A stretch of DNA of 64,000 bases from Camelus dromedarius (lineage: Eukaryota). Of this stretch, positions 54,461-64,000 are shown one piece after another. Position 1 is the stretch's first letter. Every line of letters starts with the position of its first letter. Where the stretch lies: the NCBI RefSeq assembly GCF_036321535.1, contig NC_087438.1:7938001-8002000 (forward strand), written 5' to 3'. Under the pieces are notes generated by a model that was given only the letters and a program-made list of their open reading frames with translations, ran no database searches and had not been told where the DNA came from. The position numbers and the translations under genes are program-made.

Positions 54461-56899
54461 CCAAAGTTGATAGAAGGAAGCCCCAAGAGTCTCCCTGGGT
54501 TTTAAAGAGTCCATACCCTGTGCTCACCGCATGAAGCAGAGCCTAACCCACCCCTGGTTGTGGCTGTCAGGGATGATTAAGGAAACCGGAATTTGTCTGG
54601 CCACAAAGAGTAATTTATTCATAGATGGTGCAAAGAACGTTGTTCTCATTTTGCAAAATAGAACGGAGCACACTCATTTTCTGGTGCTCTTCAGGGAGTG
54701 TTCGACTTCCACCTGAACAAGTATTAGAGGTGCTGGCTGTACTCAGAGGCGAAATCTCAAAGAAGGCTTTCTTCCACTAGGTCACAGGGGACACACACTT
54801 CCTCCAGTTGTGAGAGCATTCAGACTCACACTACAGTGGGTGTGACGATGAAAAAGCAGAAGACTTGGTCTAGAGTTTTCTGTTTGTAAACCTCACACTT
54901 CCTCTGAGTTAGTAGAAGCAGGTGTCATCCTCCTTTGCAGATTTGAAAATACTTACGATTGATTACAATACTACGCTGATTTTGACAGCCCAGACAACCT
55001 GCAGAAGGCACTACTTCAGGTGGGAAACACTGACAGTTCAGCTGAGTATTTCCATTTCTCAGAGTAGTGCCAAGTGGCTGGGGCTGTTGTTACAATTTGA
55101 AATTTGTCTTCTGAGTGATGCCAGAGCTCAAAGTTTAGGTATAAGTTTTGAATACCCTCCCTTCATCCCCTATTGTGTGTCAGCTATGGGTTTTTCTAAA
55201 TATGCCTTGGCCTATTTATGTTCTGAGTCTCTGCAATATTGACGACTTTAAGTTGACTGCCTATTGTGTGATTTAATACTTCCTTTGTGGTTAAATAGAA
55301 GAAGAGAAAGAGGCTTGAATTAGCAACGGTCGGGGTGGGGTGGGGTCGAGGATGGAACAAAACTAAAATGTGGGCCCTTCCAACTGCAGGAAGGACTCCC
55401 AGGTCCGGCTTCTTCCTGCTACAGCCCAGCCTCCAGCTCTTTCAGAACATCATCCCCAGAGAGCAGACTCTGCATTTGCAGGCTTTGCACACCCAGCCAG
55501 AACTTCAGTGGGGCAAGTATGTGACAAAAAGCATCTTTGGATTCTAGCTGTTTTTCTGTTTGTTTAGCAGCTGGGGAGATATCAGGTATTCTTGGAAAAA
55601 GACTCTTAGAACTAAGATCACTGCAATTTTATAAAGAAAAATTCAGTCTTGTCTCAACTTGTCTGAAATGTAAAATCCATAAAATTACCATGAACACGAC
55701 GGTTCCCCAGTCTAGTAAGTAGGATGCGGATGAAAGGACGGGCAGGCACCGTGATCCCAGAAGAACACAAATATTTATAAGGGACTGTTTCTTGATTAAC
55801 TGTTGAGGAGAGTATTACCTCAAATAAGAGAGAAGTTATTAAGTTCTTCCCTCTCTCCCAACACGCAGTATCCAATCAGACATGGGAACTGTAAATCCGA
55901 CTTCCGTAACAGTCCCATTGCTGGAGCCGTGGTCCACAGCCTCATTACCTCTTGCTTTGAAAACTGTGCTGTTTCTTAATGGGCTCCCCCGCGCCAGGCT
56001 GGAGCCCCAGTCTACCCAGCACACCACCACTGTGTGCTGTAGAAATGGTAGAAGTCCAGTGTTTCTAAAGGCAAACCTGGACATCTCACTGAATTTCTAG
56101 AAACTCTCCCATTGCATTCCACCACTCACAGGACTTTGCTCCAGAAAGGGCCCCGTACCCGGGCCCCTGTCGCCTCCCCTTCCTACACTTTGCAGTTCCC
56201 TGCTCAGGCCTGGCAGTGTCACTTTTTCCATTGCTAACCTGGCCCATTTCCCACCTGCCTGGCAAACACAATTCTGCATAAGCAATAGCGCCTGTAAAGC
56301 CCTCGTCTGAAGACACACAAGTTGACAGCGTCTCTAAGTGATATCGGAGTGTTAGTACAGGTACTGGAAATGTCACCTGTGGGTCACATCTCTATGGGGA
56401 GGACAGTCTCCAGTTCTTGCCACCACGAACATTCCCCTGGCTTCTCTTGGGGCAAACGAGCAGAATGTGCAGCACGTGTCGCACTGAAATTTTATACTCC
56501 TCTGTGCAACGGGTTAATGACGGTTTTCTTCACCAGAGACGTAAACTCCAGTAAGCAGGGGTCGTGGTATTTCTAACTCAGCACACTCTTCCAGGGCCTG
56601 GCACACTGGCTGATCAGTAGTAGGCACTCAGTGAACAAATGAAACTATTCTAAGCTAGATGCAACTCAAAGACAAGCAGGGACCATGACGGAAAGCATGC
56701 ATGCAAACATCACCTAAGTGCTGGCTTACAAGTTGCCCCTGGCTTATTACCATACCTCCCTGACCCCGTTCCTTCCTTCCTCACTGAATATTTACCGAGT
56801 GTCAGCGAGGCACAGTGAATCCTGTAAGATCGCTGGCCCCAAGCTTCTGTCTGCGGGGCTGAGGGTGGAGGTAGGAGGGAGAAGGCACCAGGGTAAGGC

Positions 56900-57902
56900 C
56901 GGATCACTCCACCTTGGCCCCATGGACTTTTCGGGGGTTGGATAATTCTGGGTTGGAGACGGGAGGGGCTTCCTCGTATTGTAAGATGTTCTGCAACATC
57001 CTTGGCCTCTACCGACTAGATGCCGCTACAGGTACTTCAGCAAGCAGCTGTTGGCTGGAAGGAGGTCTCCGCAGGAGACCCCTTTTGTCTCATCACTAAC
57101 CTTAAACCAGGCGCCCCCAGGCCCTACTCAGCTCTGGCCCAAGCGCACCTTGCAGATCTTTTGATCACACACTACCTTGCCTAACCTGTTGGTGTTTTCT
57201 GTAGATCAAAGAAGCAGAAATGGAAAATAAGTAACAGATGACCGGGTCTCTTCCCTAGCCTCCCCCTCAGTAATCCTGCAAACAAACCGTGTGAACAGAC
57301 AGCATCTAAGGAAAATTCACGAGGAACTGACAAGCCTGCCCAGCAGTAGGGGATGACACGGACTCTGACTTCCTATCCCCGTGATTAACTGAGATCACGT
57401 CCCCATTTTCCCTTTAAAGCCTTCATGGCTGAGCAGAATCTGCAGAGATGGTCTTTGGGGAACACTGAGTCCACCGCCTCCCCGGATTGCCGGCATTCTG
57501 ATGAAAAGCAACGTTCCACGCTATCAGCACTGTCTGTCGAGTACTGCTCTTTGAGCGTGAGCAGTTGAACCCGAGTTCGGGAGCACTATCTCCCACTTCT
57601 TCAAAGTTTGCTTTACGCCACTTTGCTTGCAGGAGAGACCTCTATTAGTATCTGTTTTCACTAACTGAAAGAAATTTGAAGTGGATTTCCCCTTCTACAA
57701 AAAAAGGCAAAAATTGAAAATTGCTTCTTTCCTAATTTACGCCATTTTGGCTTCTGAAAGGTTTCATAGGAATACTTTATGTTGTGCTATTGGGAGAAAC
57801 ATGTAGTATCTCCCTCCAGTTGTGACAACCCAAAGTGTCTCCAGAGATCGCGAAATATCCTGGGGGTGGGGGTGCAAAATCGCCCCCTGTTGAGAACCCC
57901 TG
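56900..57902 (-). mobile_element. MER20 interrupted by a Tigger-like MITE (57029-57803), itself interrupted by an LTR
   Basis: MER20 halves ...ggcctctaccgactagatgcc|...ccagttgtgacaacccaaagtgtctccaga. TA is duplicated at 57027-28 and 57804-05. Confidence 0.7.
57035..57585 (+). mobile_element. ERV1-type LTR nested in the Tigger-like MITE
   Basis: cctttaaa box and a 3' region (ccggcattctgatgaaaagcaac...gagcagttgaacccgagttcgggagca) similar to the ends of the other ERV1 LTRs here. The 5' end is approximate. Confidence 0.6.
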
Positions 57903-58201
57903 GTGTAAGGGCTGTTTTTGATGCCACCAGAGAAAGGCCACAGGAAACTCATCGGCTCTGGTCATATGGCAAAGGTGTCTGCCAACTCCTTTCCTCCTGA
58001 TAATGTCACCAAAAGACAGGGTAGGTTTCCTGTATTGGGTCTCAGTGAGTTCTGGTCTAGAATTTGGAGGAAAGAGTGGCAGAGGGTCTATAATAATTAC
58101 CTCTTTTAACTTTGGTTCAGGCGCCTAAGTAAAGGAATAGCCATCAGCCCTGCAGGAGGCGCAGAGAAACGCGTGTGACAGGTGGCAGGTGGAGAAGAGG
58201 C

Positions 58202-58642
58202 TGTGAATGAAAAATACTGCCAGTCACATCAGTAAACAAAGGATGCTGAGGCCATCAAGTCGTCAGCCACTACCGCCACCTGGCAACAGTGCCCCTCTAG
58301 GGGAACTCAGGATGAGAAAGAACATGACACTGGACCTACGTAGCTAATGTGCACATCAAAGGAATGGTTTCAGTGAGTCCAGGCTCTTGCATCTTCCCAT
58401 ACACAGAAAAGCATCCTTAACTTGAGATGTCTGGCTTTCTTTAATTAAGAGTAATCTTCCAATGTTCCGACTACTTGGTCTTTGTTGCAAAAACCCCTGT
58501 GTATTCTGGCTCCTCCACTACCTCTTCGGAGAAGTCCCTTAGAGCCATCTGAGAGGCCGCCTACCGGGCTGAGCCCTCGGGAAGTTTGCCGAAGGAAACA
58601 GAACTCTCACTTTTTAGGTTGTGCATGCTTTTTCGGCGGACA
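58202..58642 (+). mobile_element. ERV1-type solo LTR, same family as 14475-14981
   Basis: Same start tgtgaatgaaaaatactgccag and colinear body, ending in ggaca. The TSD is degenerate. Confidence 0.85.
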
Positions 58643-60111
58643 GGACGTTCCAGGAGGTCATCAGCCACCCGAGCAGCAGCCTGATGGCTGACAGGCCGTC
58701 TGGAGCACATTGTGCCTTCTTATATGCTCAATAAAACTGTGGGGTGAAGGGACGGCTACTGTACACTGGTTCCTTACAGGTACCTCTGTAATCTGCACAC
58801 ATACTTGCAAGAAAAGTTGTCGAGGAGTCCCTGTCCTAAATCACTCTTCTCACGCATCTTATCATCGTCATTCTCTTGTTACCCTGCCAGACCGTCCTCC
58901 ATCAAGGAATAGAGCTGGGTAGCATTTTCAATCGTTATATTCCTGGGGGAATAATGCTCTTCAACTGATCTGGTGTCTCACTCACGCTTAGATTTCATTG
59001 AAAGTCAGATCCTTTCAGCACCGCTTCCACGGGCACCATGATGGCAGGAAGCCAGCCTGGAACCTCAGGCTTAATGGATTTCCCATAATAAGCCCCAGAC
59101 ATCAGAGCAGCGCAAAGCCCTTCCCATCAGGGATCCCGGCATATGCTGCGTGTAACCAGGGCCACAGGCACGGCAGGCGACAGACACACATGCTCCAGAG
59201 GGGTTGCAGGGCGGGGAAAGCCGAAAGCAATTGGAAGGTTGGCTCAGACCCTGCTCTCCTTAACTTTCTCTCCCTGGAAACAAAGTGGCTTCCATCTGGT
59301 CACCCAAAGCCCTTTAAAACATTAACTTGTCAGCACTGTACAAGAAGTGTCTGCTCACACACTGACTGAGCAGGTGAATTATTCAAGGACACACAGAAAA
59401 ATCTTAAAGAAGTTGAAAAAGACTTCCATGTTCTAATTCGTCCTCCAAGGCAAGAGAATCTGGTAATCATCTCATCCTTATTAAAATAAAATCACCCAAT
59501 CTTGGTAAGGTTCACTTTTTATCCACTCTTCATTTTTCACACACACAAAATTTTTTTTTTAATTTTAATTGAAGAGGGTACATGAAACACTAAGTGGTTT
59601 TTTTCATCTTTGGAGTTGAAGAAGGTCATTGTATCTGAGGTAAGGAATATAAAAAGAAAGAAAATAATCTTCACCATGATCAAGGGAAAAAGCAGTCATG
59701 CTTCTGAAGTTGTGGAAATTCAAAACATAATAAAAAACCCCAAGAATTTTGGTTCTTTTAAACAGCAGTCCTATTTTTAGATTTCATAAGGTTTTGACCG
59801 AGGTGCTTTTAATCAGGAAAGGTCTGTATGCTCTCTATTTTATTTACTGTTTTTTACTTCTGATATTATTCTGAACACAAAAGGCCAGCCAATTAGAAGA
59901 CTCCTGTGTCTTTCTTCTGTTTTTCGTTTATCTCCACTATCTGAACCACTGTATCCTTTTCATAGACATTGTGAAGGTGAGTTTTATAAGTCAAGCTGGC
60001 TCCAGTACCCAGTTACTTATTTAAACACGAATTTAGGTGTCACCCTGAAGACAGTTTATAGACGAGGTTAAAACTTACAACCAGTTGACTCTAAGTAAAG
60101 GAGATTACCCT

Positions 60112-63100
60112 TTTTGGGACTCATGGCAGGCCACCCCAAAATATGCCAAAGTGGCATATTTATTATTTCGAATTAAAATTACTTAAGAAACAGTCAGTGC
60201 AGGAAAGACACCTTGACTCTGCCCTCTGTCTCCCTGAAAATAGGAAATAAATCTCCCCATGTAAAGGTTCCCTCTCTGTACTAGAGGTAGAGAGATGTCC
60301 TTATCACCAGAGATAGAGAGTTCACAGTCAAGAAGCCTGAATAAACAAGTCTTGTTACTTCTTCACTAATTTACTAACCCAAGCCCAGACTTCTTTGTCT
60401 TGTCAGCTCTTCACAAATTGATTGTTTCTTTGTCTAGGAAATACAAACACTGTCTGCTTTGGCCACGTCTTGTGTTCCATCATATGTACAAATTAATTTT
60501 TGATTTGATTTTGATTTTTTTCTTTTGTTACTCTGTCTTGAGTCAATTTAATTATCTGACCAGCCAAAAGAACTCAAGAATTTCCCCTCTCTGACCACTG
60601 CATGGTCAGCAGGAGACCGGCTGGACCCCCTGACTCCGCCCCAGCTGAGAGATCCTGGGACATCTGACAACGACCTGCAGAAGATAAGACTTCTTACCAT
60701 GTTGGCCTCCCAGATCCCTGCCTGCAGGTCCAGTGAAGGTGGTAAGGATCTTTCTTCTCTCTTTCTAAACTCAGATTAGCAAGAGAAAACATTTGTGGGA
60801 TTAGTTCCCTAGACGTAGCCAGTCTGGCATTGAACGTTTCCCTCCTAGAGATGGTCACTGCTTTCTTCGTCTTTGGTGTCATGTGTCATAAGAAGGAAGA
60901 ACCACAGGTCAGAACAGCAGGCAACAGCCCTAAAAGTCTGCTGTTCAAGCTGGCCTTACAGACTGGTGCATTTATGATTCTCACCAGACCAGCATCGACT
61001 TAGACAAACTTTGCTGTGGGTTCCCTATGTAAAAAAACCAGGTGAGCTTTTTCCTCTCATCTTGTTCAAAATGTCCTGGGAGATTGGCGTTATGACCAGT
61101 GAAAATATTCTCCCTGGTCTCTTCCATCTGGAGGGTGCGTTCACCAGGACGCACTTTGCGGCCAGGCAGATAGACAAGGTTTTGAGACATGACGTCAGAA
61201 AAAGCACTCTCTTTGTCTAGCTGTGCCAGTTCTCAAGGGCATTTGTCATAAGGGGTCCCAGACCATAAGGGGCCTTTGTTGTCTTAACCGGCATTGCTTT
61301 GTGAATGCTGGAAAAATCCCATTCCAGTAGCTCCTGCCAGGGTTTGTGTCTGGAGGTGTCTCAGTTCTCAGGAGAAACCGGTGACACCATTTTCACTATC
61401 CCGTTCTTACCATCCGTGACAATGAAGGGCTTTTACTTTCGTAGATTAACTCTGAGAGTAAACTTCCTGGGTCTTGTGAGGACAGCACCCTCTTTAGCGA
61501 GACACTGCTTGTGTCTCTAGCTAAGCCATAAAAACGCTGATTGGTTGAGTTGCTATATGAGGTTAATTTAAGATCCTACTTGTCAATGGCCAGATGATGG
61601 ATCCTTTGAATTGGATATATTAAAAAGAAAACATTTATTCGAGAGCTGTTACCCTAAAACCAAATTAAAATGTGTATTATATACACACACACATGTAAAA
61701 TGGCTGGCCATAGGGGTCCCCTAACAAGAAGAAAGAACAGAAATTATGTTTAAAACAAAAAAATCCAGTGTGAATTCCCCTTCTAAAAAACTGCCCCATC
61801 TCCTCAGCAATTCCCCCAGGCCCTGCTACAAATAATCAGGAAATGCATCAGCTGGAAGCCAATATTCCAGGGCTAATAGAAGCACCTGTCTTTGTCTTGC
61901 AAATCTCTGCAAAACCAGAAATGCAAGTTTAAAGCACATCTATCGTTACCAATCCGCAAACCCTGCCTGCGCCTCAACATGCTTGTGGATATTGTAAAAG
62001 TTCAAGATATTGAGAACAAAATTGTACTTCACCAGAAAAAAGAAATAGTAATTCCCCTAAGAATTCTGGAAGTAGATAAATATGTTCCAACACTCACAGG
62101 AGAAAACATATTTTCTTCCTCTGTCCCTTGATGGTGTAAATCTTACCCTGTGTTTAAAAATGTAAAAACAGCTTACAATCACCTGAGAAGGAAAGAAAAA
62201 AGGGGAAAAAAGCCTTTTTAAACACAAACTGAACTGCTGAAGTGCTCTCGTGCTCAAACTCTAAACCACAGCCTCCTCGAGACTGCGCGTCAAGGGCAAA
62301 TACAAATCTTAAGTCTTCTCCACAAATAGTAAAAGAGTTTAGCCATCTCAATGAGTAAATTTAGTTTATTCCAAGTGTTCCTTACAAATAAATGAATTTT
62401 ATTTTGTACCTGATTCATGGCTAAAATTTTTAAATGAAAGTTAAGAGATCTCAGGTTGTGTCTGTCCGTGTGTCTACTTACATACATTTGAGGTATGGTG
62501 TTTTTTCTACCTTCAGATGGTATTGCCAAAATTATTTTGTAAAAGAGCTTTATTTAATTGGCTTAAAAGCAAAGAGGCACTAAATGAAAGAGAAACTAAC
62601 CCAAATGCTTTTCAAGTTCACATGTTCTAAGGTCAATCTTTAGTAAATTGAAGCTAGTTTAAGGATGTTGGTTTAATTAAAACAGGTATACTTTTAAAAT
62701 TATCAGCAATGAATATAATGCAAACAGGCACCTTTTATGATACTTGAGTTTATTAATCATATAAGTTCACGTTACAAAATTGGTCAGCACAAACAGTAAC
62801 TTGGTATGATGAAACGTTCATAAGTAATCTAAAGCTAACTGTTGAGGACAAATTAAATAGATGTAAGTAGGATAAAGATTTTTAGGTGAACTTTTAAAAA
62901 TGACTGTTTCATGTTTTATTTGGGTGATTAGTTTTAAGACTACTTAAGATTCAAAACTACTTAAAAGTAGTCACCCAAATCTCTTTGACAACTTACACTA
63001 TTAGAAATTTTGATAAGTTAAATTAAATGACAGAATTCCATTGACTATCTAGATCATTTTTAAAAAAGATAAAATACTGTAACATTAATTCCTCAACATA

Positions 63101-64000
63101 GATTTATCTACTTTTGGCTCCCTCTCACAGAAGAAATAAACATGTTTGGATCTGTTAGTAAACATGTTTTATGACACTAAAAATTTTTCCATAAAAAGGA
63201 CATGTTTCTACAAATTATAAAGAGTATTTATGTTTGCTAATCCACAGAATGTTAGGGTAAAAGATACTTCATAATTGTTTGCTTTTTAATTTTCACTAGA
63301 AATTAAAGGTTTTTAAGGGTTAAAAAATTCTAATATATGTCATTAAAGCTCCTATAAATAATAAGGGAGACAATTCTGTATGCAAGGAAAATAAAATATA
63401 TTTTGGGATAAGAAAAGGTATGAGGTAAGCAGATACATTTTGCTGAGCAAAAAGAAAGTAATAAAGCTGGTTATTTTAAGAATGAGAATCTGCAAATCCC
63501 AAACTCCCAATTTATCGCTCCACACCTCCCCCTTTCAGCCCTGGTAACCACAAGTTTGTTTTCTACATTTGTGAGTCTGTGTCTGATATTAACTACTATA
63601 TATAAAATACATAAATAACAAGGTCCTGCTGTATAGCGCAGGGAACTATATTCAATACCTTGTAAAAGCCTATAATAAAAAAGAATACAGAAAGGAGTAC
63701 ATATGTATATATGTATAACTGAATCACTATGCTATACACCAGAAATTACCACAATGTTGTAAACTGACAATGCATCAATAAAGATAAATATTAAAAAAAA
63801 AGAAGAATGGGAAAAAGAACAAGGGACAAACTAAAAAGACATAGAAAGTTAAAGAAGGTTTATGGAAAAGGAATCTTGGGGAAGGAATTTTATATGTGAT
63901 CAAGCTGGATAAGATTAAATGAATTTGTTATAAGGGTTTTAAAAATAAGTTACTATCAGTAGGTTGTTATGTAAAAGTGGAATTTAATTTTTTTATCTGC
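60112..64000 (+). mobile_element. MER34/MER4-group class I ERV: 5' LTR (~60112-60595), PBS and decayed internal region running off the window
   Basis: LTR start gccaccccaaaatatgcc..tggcatat is MER34-like. A Ser-tRNA PBS-like tgcatggtcagcagga lies at 60599-60614, a splice-donor-like tg|gtaagg at ~60741, and a gag matrix remnant QWPDDGSFELD at 61584-61616. Confidence 0.78.
63489..63802 (+). mobile_element. L1 3' end with 5' inversion (twin priming), inserted in the ERV internal region
   Basis: 63489-63585 is antisense L1 3' UTR and 63586-63802 is the sense continuation with an A-tail. TSD aagaatg(a/g)gaa at 63478-63488 and 63803-63813. Confidence 0.85.

Overview
Mammalian genomic DNA from inside the delta-catenin gene CTNND2, which lies on the minus strand. 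Two armadillo-repeat coding exons are present (38087-38219, 133 bp; 3690-3903, 214 bp). They join in frame across a 34.2 kb GT-AG intron; the rest of the window is intronic. I saw no Alu, B1, Bov-A, CHR2, PRE1 or SINEC elements. The L1 3' UTR type points to a cetartiodactyl, most likely a camelid (inference). The introns are dense in transposon fossils: L1, L2, MIR, MLT1, MER20, Tigger and several lineage-specific ERV1 solo LTRs with target-site duplications (TSDs). The most informative items are a heavily decayed ERV-L-class internal region with gag, protease, RT and RNase H motif remnants (~20.0-24.7 kb, minus), a MER34/MER4-group provirus 5' end with a decayed Ser-tRNA primer-binding site (PBS; 60.1 kb to the window end), a twin-primed L1, a chimeric retro-insertion, a decayed 5S rRNA copy and an intronic CpG-rich segment. 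I found no convincing undescribed biological system. Repeat family names come from recalled consensus sequences and need Dfam/RepeatMasker confirmation.
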